Assembly: GCA_965230515.1 (NCBI GenBank)
Contig: OZ246007.1
Coordinates: 3,251,012 to 3,315,011 of the forward strand
DNA: 64,000 bases
Origin: Pseudomonadales bacterium
GTDB taxonomy: Bacteria > Pseudomonadota > Gammaproteobacteria > Pseudomonadales > IMCC2047
Direction of reading: 5' to 3'
Below the pieces are notes generated by a model. The model was not told the DNA's origin, did not search any database, and was given only the letters and a program-made list of their open reading frames with translations. Positions 53,928 to 63,513 of this stretch are shown here, one piece after another; the first letter of the stretch is position 1, and each line of letters starts with the position of its first letter. Both the position numbers and the translations under genes were made by a program.

Positions 53928-54544
53928 TGCAGTATTCAAAACGGTTACAGCAACAGATCAGTCAGGCCATCAGTGACGTCGAACAACTCACCGATGCGGA
54001 AGTGGTGTGCGTGCTTGCGCCACGCAGCGATGATTATTATTACATTCCAGCCCTTTGGGCAGCGTTGCTCGCGTTGGTGTCACCTCTGCTGTTGGTATTA
54101 ACACCCTGGTGGGGACACAGTAGCGCAGTGTCACTGTTGCAGTTGCTGGTCTTCGTCGCGTCCTGGCTGCTATTTCGCTGGCAGCCATTTTTTCAGCGGA
54201 TTATTCCCCAACCGGTTCGCTACTGGCGCGCTGCCAATATGGCGAGGCGGCAGTTTCTGGAGAACGGTCTGCATCATACGCGGGAAGGGATGGGCCTACT
54301 GATTTTTGTGTCAGCGCAGGAACGCTATGTGGAAATCCTTACCGACCGGGGTATCGCCCAAAAAATAGCGGATGAGCAATGGCAGGACATTGTTTCTGCC
54401 TTTGTCCAACAGGTAAAGCGCAAGCAAATTGCTGAGGGATTTATTCAGTGCATTCAATCCTGTGGTCGCTTACTGGCAGAGCATTACCCGGCAACGCAAG
54501 AGAAAAATGAGTTGCCCAACAAGCTGGTGGTACTGCCCGATTGA
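53927..54544 (+). CDS. TPM-domain-like membrane protein (third member of the LemA-TPM-TPM triad)
   Basis: The ATG at 53927 overlaps the upstream stop (TGATG). AEVVCVLAPRSDDYYYIP, two TM helices, then GLLIFVSAQERYVEILTDRGI. Confidence 0.6.
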   Translation: MQYSKRLQQQISQAISDVEQLTDAEVVCVLAPRSDDYYYIPALWAALLALVSPLLLVLTPWWGHSSAVSLLQLLVFVASWLLFRWQPFFQRIIPQPVRYWRAANMARRQFLENGLHHTREGMGLLIFVSAQERYVEILTDRGIAQKIADEQWQDIVSAFVQQVKRKQIAEGFIQCIQSCGRLLAEHYPATQEKNELPNKLVVLPD

Positions 54545-54590
54545 ATCAGTACCACTAACTGACATTCATACGCAAACAGGGAGAAGAGCC

Positions 54591-55586
54591 ATGAAACGAT
54601 TTGCAATCAATGGCGCCGGCAGAATCGGCCGGTTAGTTATTCGCGAATACCTGCGACGCATGCCTGAAAACCTGCAACTGGTTGCGCTTAATGATTTGAC
54701 CGACTGCGAGACGCTGGCCTATTTGCTGGAATATGACTCGGTCCATGGTCGTCTCGCGGCGCCTGTTGAAATCAGTGGTGATCAGTTGCGCGTGTCCGGT
54801 GTGTCCATTCCGGTGTGTCATCAGCCTGATCCCGGGCAGTTGCCCTGGTCGGATTTGGCGGTGGACTGGGTGCTTGAAGCCACGGGCGTTTTCAGAAAGC
54901 GCAACGATGCGGCGAAGCACTTGGCGGCAGGGGCGGGAAGGGTGTTAATCAGCGCCCCGTCTGAATCGGCTGATCTAACCATTATCTATGGCGTTAACCA
55001 GGGTGCATTTAACCCGGAGCAACACCAGATCATTTCCAGCGGCTCCTGCACCACCAATTCCCTGGTGCCGCCGCTGGCTGTGCTACTGGAGGCCTGGGGT
55101 ATTGAGACGGCGTCGGCCACCACCATTCATGCCTACACCTCCTCTCAGGGGCTGGTGGATGTCGCCTCCCGAAAGCGCATTCGCGGTCGCGCGGCGGCCC
55201 TCAACCTGGTGCCCACTTCCACCGGTGCGGACAAGGTGGTCGCGGCTGTGCTGCCCGATCTTGCCGGGAAGTTTTCCGCCCTGGCGGTCAGGGCACCAAT
55301 AGCCGATGGCGGTTTGACCGATATTACGGTGCGATTGCAACAACCAGTGACGGTTGATGAAGTCAATCAGCGTTTGTTGGATGCCTGTAAAAATGCCCTT
55401 AGTGGGGTCATGGATTTTACCCTGCAGGAGTGGGTGAGCAGCGATATTGTCGGCAACGCCCATTCCGCCATCGTACACGGGCTGTCCACGCGGGTCATCG
55501 GTGACCGAACCGTAAAGCTTCAAGTGTGGTACGACAACGAGTATGCCTATGCCTGTCGTCTACTGGATTTGTTGGAAACACTGTGA
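54591..55586 (+). CDS. gap: glyceraldehyde-3-phosphate dehydrogenase (type I)
   Basis: MKRFAINGAGRIGR NAD-binding N-terminus, catalytic SCTTNS and C-terminal WYDNEYAY. Confidence 0.9.
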   Translation: MKRFAINGAGRIGRLVIREYLRRMPENLQLVALNDLTDCETLAYLLEYDSVHGRLAAPVEISGDQLRVSGVSIPVCHQPDPGQLPWSDLAVDWVLEATGVFRKRNDAAKHLAAGAGRVLISAPSESADLTIIYGVNQGAFNPEQHQIISSGSCTTNSLVPPLAVLLEAWGIETASATTIHAYTSSQGLVDVASRKRIRGRAAALNLVPTSTGADKVVAAVLPDLAGKFSALAVRAPIADGGLTDITVRLQQPVTVDEVNQRLLDACKNALSGVMDFTLQEWVSSDIVGNAHSAIVHGLSTRVIGDRTVKLQVWYDNEYAYACRLLDLLETL

Positions 55587-56836
55587 TGAAGGGACGCATG
55601 GACAAAGCATATTTTTCCGAAAACAGTGAATCTGAGATACCAGAAACAAGAAAAGGAAAAGTGAGCAATATCCACCAGAAGCTTTTCTTGCAGGCTTTGA
55701 AGTCGCTTCAGTTCGGATCTTTGTCGCTTACCTGGCCCAATGGTCAGACAACACACCATGGAGGGAAAACTGCCTGTGTCAATGCTGAAATGACCCTGTT
55801 TCACTGGGATGTGATTGATCGTCTGATCACCCACGGTGACGTGGGCCTGGGGGAAGACTACATGGCGGGGAAATGGTCCACGCCCGATCTGCTGGCGCTC
55901 ATGCGTTTAGTCGCCGCCAATCTGACCGTTTTCGACCGGTATTTACAGACCAACCTGTGGCTAAAACTACTGTACTGGTGCAAACACCACCTGTTCCCCA
56001 ACACGCTCAAACGCAGCCGTCAAAACGTGCATGAGCATTATGACCTGGGCAACGACTTCTACCGGCTCTGGCTGGATAAGAGCATGACCTATTCCAGCGC
56101 TCTGTTTAACGGTGATGCCTCCGTCTCACTTTTTGATGCGCAAAAAGCCAAATACCAACGGATCCTTCAGCGATTGGCCCCGTCACCGGGAAGCCGCATG
56201 CTGGAAATCGGTTGTGGCTGGGGCGGTTTTATGGAAGTCGCGGCTGCACGTGATTGCCATGTCACGGGTGTGACTCTGTCAAAAGAGCAGGCGCAATATG
56301 CTGCTGAACGACTGCAATCCGCCGGACTGGACTCGAATACCGAGGTTCGATTGCAGGATTACCGCGAACTGACGGGATCGTTCGATTACGTGGTATCGAT
56401 CGGGATGTTTGAACACGTTGGCGAGTCGTATTGGTCTACGTATATGAGGGATGTGTACAACTACCTAAGACCTGCGGGCAAGGCAATGATACAGACGATT
56501 ACCATCGCAGAAGAGCGGTTTGACTGGTATCGAGCCGGCAGTGATTTTCTCAGAGAGCATATTTTCCCCGGCGGGATGCTGCCCTCCAGGGAACGCTTTG
56601 AAACGATTGCCGTGGACAGCGGGCTGGTGGTGAATGATGTTTTTGAATTCGGCCAGGACTATGCCATTACGTTGGAAAAATGGCTGGCAAACGTTGATAA
56701 ACAAATTCCGGCAATACAGGCGCTAGGCTACAGCGAAATATTTATACGCAAATGGCGGTTCTACCTGGCCAGTTGTGCCGGCATGTTCCGTACCGGAGGG
56801 ATCAATGTAATGCAAGTGGAGTTGGGCCGACCGTAG
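55586..56836 (+). CDS. cfa: cyclopropane-fatty-acyl-phospholipid synthase-like SAM methyltransferase
   Basis: The ATG overlaps the gap stop (TGATG). HYDLGNDFYRLWLDKSMTYSSALF and LEIGCGWGGF are CFA-synthase motifs. Confidence 0.87.
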   Translation: MKGRMDKAYFSENSESEIPETRKGKVSNIHQKLFLQALKSLQFGSLSLTWPNGQTTHHGGKTACVNAEMTLFHWDVIDRLITHGDVGLGEDYMAGKWSTPDLLALMRLVAANLTVFDRYLQTNLWLKLLYWCKHHLFPNTLKRSRQNVHEHYDLGNDFYRLWLDKSMTYSSALFNGDASVSLFDAQKAKYQRILQRLAPSPGSRMLEIGCGWGGFMEVAAARDCHVTGVTLSKEQAQYAAERLQSAGLDSNTEVRLQDYRELTGSFDYVVSIGMFEHVGESYWSTYMRDVYNYLRPAGKAMIQTITIAEERFDWYRAGSDFLREHIFPGGMLPSRERFETIAVDSGLVVNDVFEFGQDYAITLEKWLANVDKQIPAIQALGYSEIFIRKWRFYLASCAGMFRTGGINVMQVELGRP

Positions 56837-57033
56837 TAGCACGGTTCTGCCTCGGTCGTTGGTAGATAAGGTCTATGCAATTTACGACATAAGTAAAGCG
56901 CATGAAGAAAAGACATCTCAAGCGTTCAGCTATCAACGTCACCGGCGATATTACCGCTTGTCTGGTGCTGGACAGGCTATTGTCGAACAAATATGAAATT
57001 TACCATAACAGCACGTGAGTTGGAGGATTAAAG

Positions 57034-57693
57034 ATGGAACAAACGATACAACATTCAGGCGCGTGGGCACTCGCGATCATTATGATCGTAGTGATTTCCT
57101 GGCTTTTTTATCGCTACCTGGCACCCAAATCCTGGCATGAATGGGCCAGTGCGGGCGTGGTGCAGGCATTTATTATCGCGCTATACGCTGAAATGTATGG
57201 ATTCCCATTAACCATATATTTGCTGTCACGGTTCTTTGGCCTTGATCGGTACGATCTGAATGCCAGCCTATGGTCCACCTTATTGGGCGTGGGGGAGACG
57301 GGCATGATGATTTCGATGATTCTGGGCTACGCCTTGGCTTTTCTCGGGATTGGCATTTTTTTCCAGGGTTGGAGGCAGGTACATAGCTCACGCCAGCAAA
57401 ACACCCTGGTGACCGATGGTTTGTATCGCTTTGTTCGACATCCCCAATACACTGGCCTGTTTATCGCGCTGTTTGGTGAGGGTGTGGTGCACTGGCCCAC
57501 TCTGTTTTCTGTGGGACTTTTCCCGGTGATCGTATTTGCCTATTACATGCTGGCCCGAAAGGAAGAGCGCCAGGTGCTGGCGGAATTTGGCGAGACCTAT
57601 CGCGCCTACCAGCAACGGGTGCCTATGTTTATTCCTAGGCGGGCCCAATGGCGGGCGTTTGCCGGTAGTTCCAGCTTGAATTCCGATGATTGA
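57034..57693 (+). CDS. ICMT/PEMT-family membrane methyltransferase (copy 2)
   Basis: 219 aa. FIIALYAEMYGFPLTIYLLS and FVRHPQYTGLFIALFG...KEERQVLAEFGETYRAYQQRVP parallel copy 1 at 30760-31410. Confidence 0.72.
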   Translation: MEQTIQHSGAWALAIIMIVVISWLFYRYLAPKSWHEWASAGVVQAFIIALYAEMYGFPLTIYLLSRFFGLDRYDLNASLWSTLLGVGETGMMISMILGYALAFLGIGIFFQGWRQVHSSRQQNTLVTDGLYRFVRHPQYTGLFIALFGEGVVHWPTLFSVGLFPVIVFAYYMLARKEERQVLAEFGETYRAYQQRVPMFIPRRAQWRAFAGSSSLNSDD

Positions 57694-58840
57694 ATATTGC
57701 TCTGGGGCGAGCGTGACTCCTGACGGGCGGGAAAATCGATTTAACGGCAGCGAATGCGTTATGTTATCCGATCATGCTTCGGAAACGTTTCAGCTGTTTA
57801 CCGAGGGCGATACTTTATATACATCCATGCTTTCGGCGATAGCGGGTGCTAAAGAGAGTATTCGACTGGAATGCTATATCTTTGCCGATGACGCGGTAGG
57901 CAAACGGTTTTGTCAGGCGCTTATTGAACGGGCGCAGGCGGGTATTGCGGTAAGGGTGCATGTTGATGCGGCGGGTTCGCTGTTCTGGTTTTCGCGCAAG
58001 ATGCAAAATCACTTGCGTTGCAACGGTGTGAAATTGCGCTGGTTTCACCGCTGGAGCTGGCGCAGGCCCTGGCGCTATAACCGTCGTAATCATCGCAAGT
58101 TGCTAATTGTGGATGATCGAGTCGTCTTTCTCGGTGGCTTCAATATTCATCAGGAAAATTCTAGGGAGTGTTACGGGGATGCGCGCTGGCGTGATACTCA
58201 TGTGAGTTTTGGCGGCTCACTTGTCAACGTGGCCACCCAGTTGTTTGACGCATTCTGGCGAGGTCGTCTGCGTTGGCAGCCCGTGCGAAAGGAAGCGGGT
58301 AGCAGACTGCTACACAATCATACGCTGTCCTGCCGCCACCGCTTGCGATGTGTGTACGGCGCAGCATTCGACAAGGCGAAGACGTTTATTTACCTGACCA
58401 CCCCTTATTTTGTCCCCGATAGTCATACCCTCAGGCAATTGTGTCAGGCCGCTGAGCGCGGTGTGGATGTCAGACTACTGGTTCCCGGTAAGAGTGACGT
58501 GCATATCGCGCGCTGGGCTGCCCGTCATATTTATGCCTCCTTGCTCGATTCTGGTGTGCGCATTTATGAGTACCTGCCGAGAATGCTGCACGCAAAGACG
58601 GTTGTGATCGATGGTAACTGGTCGATGGTGGGAACGGCCAATCTGGATTACCGCAGTTTATTTATTAACTACGAACTCAATCTGGCGACAGCCGATAGCG
58701 GGTTGGCCGCCGAACTTAAAGAACAATTCATGCAGGATTTATCGTTGTCGGAGGGCATACTGTCGCAGGACTGGGAGCGGCGCGAAGGGGTATCGCGATG
58801 GTTGGAACGGATTGCCATGATGGTTAAACGCTGGCTGTGA
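57686..58840 (+). CDS. phospholipase D-family cardiolipin synthase (ClsB-like)
   Basis: Two HKD motifs, HRKLLIVDD and HAKTVVIDGNWSMVGTANLD. The start could instead be ATG 57761. Confidence 0.83.
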   Translation: MIEYCSGASVTPDGRENRFNGSECVMLSDHASETFQLFTEGDTLYTSMLSAIAGAKESIRLECYIFADDAVGKRFCQALIERAQAGIAVRVHVDAAGSLFWFSRKMQNHLRCNGVKLRWFHRWSWRRPWRYNRRNHRKLLIVDDRVVFLGGFNIHQENSRECYGDARWRDTHVSFGGSLVNVATQLFDAFWRGRLRWQPVRKEAGSRLLHNHTLSCRHRLRCVYGAAFDKAKTFIYLTTPYFVPDSHTLRQLCQAAERGVDVRLLVPGKSDVHIARWAARHIYASLLDSGVRIYEYLPRMLHAKTVVIDGNWSMVGTANLDYRSLFINYELNLATADSGLAAELKEQFMQDLSLSEGILSQDWERREGVSRWLERIAMMVKRWL

Positions 58841-61149
58841 ATAGATTGGTGCCAATGATTCCAATACAAACAATAGCCATATTGGCCGCCGCCTTTCTGT
58901 TGATGATCGGCAATGGTTGGGCTGGCGCCACCCAGTATTCGGAAAGTAGCAACGTAAAGCGAATCCTGGATACACGCTGCGTGGTGTGCCATGGCTGTTA
59001 TGACGCACCCTGTCAGTTAAAACTTGGTGCTTACGAGGGGCTCCTGCGCGGAGCGACGCCACAAACTATCTACAACCCCTCCAGGTTCTCAGAAGACGTC
59101 ACCACAAGGCTGTTTATTGACGGCCGTTCCATCACCGACTGGCGTAAGCTAGGCTTTCACGAGGTGATTACCGCCACCTCAGCTTCGCCCAAAAATACCG
59201 ACTATCTGGACGACGTGCTATACCGACTTGTTACACGCAAACCCGAGAATACCTTTCCCTCTAGAGGAAGATTGTCCACTGACTTTCCGTTGGATATTAA
59301 CCGTGAATTGTCCTGTGCGGCAACAATCGAAGAAGTTGATGATTTTCTTGCTAAACAGCCGATGGCCGCCATGCCCTATGGCATGGCGGCCTTACCGCGC
59401 CAGGAACAACTGCAGTTGGAAAACTGGATAAAACAGGGCTATCCGGATTTTGATACACCTCTTGATCTGCCATCCAGCGTGATCGCGCAAGTCGACCGGT
59501 GGGAGGAGTTTTTCAACCAAGCAACACCCCGGCATAAACTGGTTGCCCGCTATTTGTATGAACATTTGTTTCTGGGACATTTGGCGATTACTGAGCAGAG
59601 ACAAGCCTTTTACTTTCGGCTGATCCGGTCTTCGACACCGACGGCTGTTACGCCGAATGAAATCGCAACCCGTCGCCCTAACAGTGACCCCGGGGAAAAG
59701 CCGTTTTACTATCGACTCATTCCTGTCAGGGAAACACTCCTGGATAAAACACATATCGGCTATTCACTTGACCAGCGTCGTATGGCTCGCTGGAACTACC
59801 TGTTTTTCTCCAGTGACTGGAAGGTGTCTGAGTCGGCTGGCTACACCACGAAAAATGCGACCAATCCGTTCTTGACGTTCAGTGATATTCCCGCCGATGC
59901 CCGTTATCGATTCATGCTGGATAACGTCCAATTTTTTGTTGAATCCTTTATCAAAGGTCCGGTCTGTCGCGGGCAGGTCGCGTTGAATGTGATCAACGAT
60001 TATTTCTTTGTGGCCTTCCTGTCGCCGGAGTATGACTTGTCGGTGGTCGATAACGCCTATCTTTCTAACGCGATCCCCCTTCTGTACCTTCCGCCGACAT
60101 CCGCCGGATCTCTGGAATTTGCGGCGTTGTGGCACGAGGGGCTTCACGGCCACCGGCGCTACCTGGAATACCGTGACAATGCCTACCGGATCCACGCACT
60201 CACCCGGCAGGGTTTGCCGACAACAGCCATCTGGAATGGCGACAATCAATCGACACCGGTGCTCACCGTGTTCAGGCATTTTGACAGCGCTTCTGTGTCC
60301 AAGGGGGTGATTGGCGAGAGTCCTAACACCGTATGGGTTATTGATTACCCGACGCTGGAACGTATTTACTACGACCTGGTGGTGAACTTCGATGTGTTTG
60401 GCAGCGTGTCCCACCAAATACTGACCCGGATGTACATGGACTATCTGCGCATGGAAAGCGAAGGATTGTTTCTATCCTTCCTGCCCATCGCAGACAGAGA
60501 GCCCATTCTTAAACGTTGGTATCGGGGGGCGTTGGCGCAGGCTAAGGTATTTTATGGCCATTCCAAGTTGTTGATTGATACCCCTGCGGCGATCCGGTAT
60601 GCCGGTCATGATGTCAAAGGTGAACTGATCGAGATGATCCGTGATCGATCTTCATTCACGCGGGATAAAGCCGTTCCCATCGGTGGTCGCGTACCTACAG
60701 CCCTTAATCCTCTGGATCACCTGTCAGCAAAGCAGTCGGTCTTGATACGCAACCTGCCCGAACTGAGTTATGTGGTGATTCATAACGAAGACAGTGAGAT
60801 TGAGCAGGTGGTATCGATGATCATCAACAAGGCTCACACGAATGTGTCATTTATTTTCGGGGAAGACAATCGTCGTAAACCTGAAGAAGATACGATGATG
60901 TTGGTGGGCGGGGCTATCGGTAGTTATCCGAATTTTATTTTTTGGGTGGATCGTAAAGATCTGGAAAAGTTTACCCGCGAAGCAAATAACATTACCGGTC
61001 AGGTGAGTATGGAGCGATGGATCGGGCGCTATGGTGTCCGCAGAACCGACCGTCGAATTTGGTCGGTCCTAGATAATCTTCACCATTATCGACGACGTGT
61101 GGGTGGAGACGAGGGTCTCCTGGATGTGAGTCGTTATGACAATTTATAA
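58837..61149 (+). CDS. cti: fatty acid cis/trans isomerase (haem c-containing Cti)
   Basis: 770 aa with a signal peptide. The N-terminal haem motif RCVVCHGCYDAPCQLKL is characteristic of Cti. The GTG start overlaps the upstream stop. Alternative ATG at 58855. Confidence 0.87.
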   Translation: MNRLVPMIPIQTIAILAAAFLLMIGNGWAGATQYSESSNVKRILDTRCVVCHGCYDAPCQLKLGAYEGLLRGATPQTIYNPSRFSEDVTTRLFIDGRSITDWRKLGFHEVITATSASPKNTDYLDDVLYRLVTRKPENTFPSRGRLSTDFPLDINRELSCAATIEEVDDFLAKQPMAAMPYGMAALPRQEQLQLENWIKQGYPDFDTPLDLPSSVIAQVDRWEEFFNQATPRHKLVARYLYEHLFLGHLAITEQRQAFYFRLIRSSTPTAVTPNEIATRRPNSDPGEKPFYYRLIPVRETLLDKTHIGYSLDQRRMARWNYLFFSSDWKVSESAGYTTKNATNPFLTFSDIPADARYRFMLDNVQFFVESFIKGPVCRGQVALNVINDYFFVAFLSPEYDLSVVDNAYLSNAIPLLYLPPTSAGSLEFAALWHEGLHGHRRYLEYRDNAYRIHALTRQGLPTTAIWNGDNQSTPVLTVFRHFDSASVSKGVIGESPNTVWVIDYPTLERIYYDLVVNFDVFGSVSHQILTRMYMDYLRMESEGLFLSFLPIADREPILKRWYRGALAQAKVFYGHSKLLIDTPAAIRYAGHDVKGELIEMIRDRSSFTRDKAVPIGGRVPTALNPLDHLSAKQSVLIRNLPELSYVVIHNEDSEIEQVVSMIINKAHTNVSFIFGEDNRRKPEEDTMMLVGGAIGSYPNFIFWVDRKDLEKFTREANNITGQVSMERWIGRYGVRRTDRRIWSVLDNLHHYRRRVGGDEGLLDVSRYDNL

Positions 61150-61166
61150 CAGATTAATTCTAAAAG

Positions 61167-62333
61167 GTGCTGAGTTTGCTTTTTAATACGGCCTTATTTT
61201 TGACGGCGACAATCCTGCTTATTTCCTGTGATGGGATATTTAAAAGATTTAAATTGCCTACTGCGGCGGTTACTATTTTAATGGGTATGTTGATTGGTCC
61301 CTCTGGTCTTAATGTTATAGGCTACGATCAGCCGGTAAAACTGCTTGCGGAGTTGGCCGTCGTGATCATTCTTTTTTCAGCAGGCTATGAAATTCGCTGG
61401 TCACAATTTGTTGCCGCCATTCGGCCAGGTTTGTTAGTGGGGGTTGCGGGAATTGTATTGAGTGTCTTGCTGGGTTTCTTGGCCAGCTATTCACAGACAG
61501 AGCGCCTTGATGAGGCTCTCTATATCGGTATTGCCTTGGCGGCTACTAGCATCGGTCTCAGTGTGCCGATGTTACATAAAGCAGGAATGCTTGATTCTAA
61601 AGTTGGTCAGATATTACTGGCTGCGGCAATAGTCGATGATATTTTAGCGCTGTACTTATTATCGGCAGCGCATCTCGGGTTAACTACTAATAATGGGCTG
61701 GGGCATATTCTTTATTCCCTGGTCTTGAGTTTATTGATGCTATCTGTTTTATGTGGGGCTGTGTGGTGTCTAAAAGCATTGCTCTATAAAACGATTATCG
61801 TTGAGATGGCGTGGGCTAGAAGATTAGTAGCGCTGATTATGGCGATGATCTCCGCCTGGATAAGTGATCGGCTTGGTCTTTCTCCGGTTGTCGGAGGGTT
61901 CTCGGCCGGGATGATGTTTTCTCTCTCCCGAGATGAGAGTCGGGACAAGGATAGCCGGTATTTTGACAATATAGCCGATGGGGTCGCGCCACTTTTTTTC
62001 CTAAGTGTCGGAATTCAGATCACCGGAATCGATTTTGGCAAGGGAGAAGTGTTAACGTATTCAATATTGGTTGTTGCTGCGGCCATTGTAGGGAAGCTCT
62101 TTTGCCCCTGGGTTATATCTTCCATGCTCCCATTAAGGGAGAAGTATTTGCTGGGCGTTTCATTGTTGCCTCGTGGCGAAGTAGGGCTGGTCGTCGCTAG
62201 CATTGGCTTGCAGCAAGCACATATTTCACACCACGGAATGATTGCGCTGGTGTCCATGACGTTAGTAACAGCGTTGATTTCCTCTGTCTTTATTCCGGTA
62301 TTGTCCAAACAAATCGGCACCGGCCGGAGATAG
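61167..62333 (+). CDS. cation:proton antiporter (CPA/KefB-NhaP-like membrane domain)
   Basis: 388 aa with about 11-12 TM helices. LFSAGYEI and AATSIG..V..L motifs resemble Na_H_exchanger-family proteins. Confidence 0.7.
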   Translation: MLSLLFNTALFLTATILLISCDGIFKRFKLPTAAVTILMGMLIGPSGLNVIGYDQPVKLLAELAVVIILFSAGYEIRWSQFVAAIRPGLLVGVAGIVLSVLLGFLASYSQTERLDEALYIGIALAATSIGLSVPMLHKAGMLDSKVGQILLAAAIVDDILALYLLSAAHLGLTTNNGLGHILYSLVLSLLMLSVLCGAVWCLKALLYKTIIVEMAWARRLVALIMAMISAWISDRLGLSPVVGGFSAGMMFSLSRDESRDKDSRYFDNIADGVAPLFFLSVGIQITGIDFGKGEVLTYSILVVAAAIVGKLFCPWVISSMLPLREKYLLGVSLLPRGEVGLVVASIGLQQAHISHHGMIALVSMTLVTALISSVFIPVLSKQIGTGRR

Positions 62334-62339
62334 CTTCTG

Positions 62340-63038
62340 ATGGATATGCAATATACTTACTTCGTCTGGAGTCTCATTCTGTTGCTGATTTGGCTGGTCG
62401 TTTTTATTGCGCAAAGGACTCGGCGAGTAAAGATGATGACGATGAGTATCTGGACGGCGCCGCTGGGCCTGTCTGAACCGCTGTTTTATCCGGACTATTG
62501 GTTTCCACCGACCTTGTTTCGTTTGGGTGAAGCTACTGGCTTCGATATCGAAAGCCTGATTTTTTCATTTGCGGTGGGTGGTTTGGCGAGTAGTCTCTTT
62601 GGCGTGTCGAATAAATACATGCTCAAGCCGCTGCCCGATTGCGATAAATCCAGCAAACGTCATCGATATCATAAGTTCCTGCTTAGTTCGCCGGTGTGGC
62701 TGTTTCTCGGGCTTGAGGGACTTACAACATGGAATGCCATTTATACCGCTTCACTGGGTTTGCTGGGAGGTGCGATAGCGACGGTAGTTTGTCGGCCAGA
62801 TTTGTTATCTAAGGCAATAAAAGGTGCCCTGATGTTTACGGGATTTTATTTTCTGTTTTTTAGTGCCATGACGGCTTCACATCCGGGCTTTGTGGCGCTG
62901 TATTGGAATCATGCCAATATTAGCGGTATACAAGTTGCCGGTATTCCAGTGGAAGAATTGTTATTTGCATTCTCCCTTGGCGCGATGTGGAGTGCGTTCT
63001 ATGAACACCGATACTGGTTGCGTGTGAAAATACCGTAA
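62340..63038 (+). CDS. polytopic membrane protein, possibly lycopene-cyclase-domain family
   Basis: 232 aa with about 6 TM helices. GIPVEELLFAFSLGAMW resembles the PxEE..FF motif of lycopene cyclase domains. Weak assignment. Confidence 0.35.
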   Translation: MDMQYTYFVWSLILLLIWLVVFIAQRTRRVKMMTMSIWTAPLGLSEPLFYPDYWFPPTLFRLGEATGFDIESLIFSFAVGGLASSLFGVSNKYMLKPLPDCDKSSKRHRYHKFLLSSPVWLFLGLEGLTTWNAIYTASLGLLGGAIATVVCRPDLLSKAIKGALMFTGFYFLFFSAMTASHPGFVALYWNHANISGIQVAGIPVEELLFAFSLGAMWSAFYEHRYWLRVKIP

Positions 63039-63063
63039 GCCAAATTGTTAACGATAAGGTGAT

Positions 63064-63513
63064 GTGATGATTCTGATAATTTTATTTCCTTTTCTATTGG
63101 TATTAACCGTGACTGTGCATTATGGGTTTTTGACACGATTGATGGTTATTCTTGATACCGGTTGGGCGCAGGCAATTAAATTGATCGCCATTATTTGCGG
63201 GTTATTTGTTGCCCATGTCGCCGAAGTAGTGGTTTATACGTTTGTGTATCATTTTTCGCATCTGATTCCCGGGATTGGCAAACTACCGGGGATTAATTTC
63301 GATGACTGGATCAATGCCCTGTATTTTTCATTTGCAGCCTACAGTTCGTTGGGTGCCGGTGACTTATCTACCGCGGGATGGTTAAAAATTCTCTATGGTT
63401 TGGAGGCCATTAATGGCCTGGTGCTAATCACTTGGTCAGCCTCTTTTTCGCTACTGGCGATGAACCGAATGAAATTTTGCCAATCCTGTTCAGAGAGTAG
63501 TTCAACGGGATGA
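63064..63513 (+). CDS. small ion-channel protein (two-TM pore-loop type)
   Basis: 149 aa. ALYFSFAAYSSLGAGDLS resembles a degenerate K-channel pore/selectivity loop (T-x-G-Y-G-D) flanked by TM helices. Confidence 0.45.
   Translation: MMILIILFPFLLVLTVTVHYGFLTRLMVILDTGWAQAIKLIAIICGLFVAHVAEVVVYTFVYHFSHLIPGIGKLPGINFDDWINALYFSFAAYSSLGAGDLSTAGWLKILYGLEAINGLVLITWSASFSLLAMNRMKFCQSCSESSSTG

Noticed and set aside
46931-62333. Identity with the transmissible locus of stress tolerance / heat-resistance locus, prompted by the accessory FtsH and KefB-like antiporter.
   Set aside because: The hallmark genes I remember for that locus (small heat-shock proteins, ClpK, YfdX, HdeD, thioredoxin, DegP) are absent. 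Only generic similarity remains.
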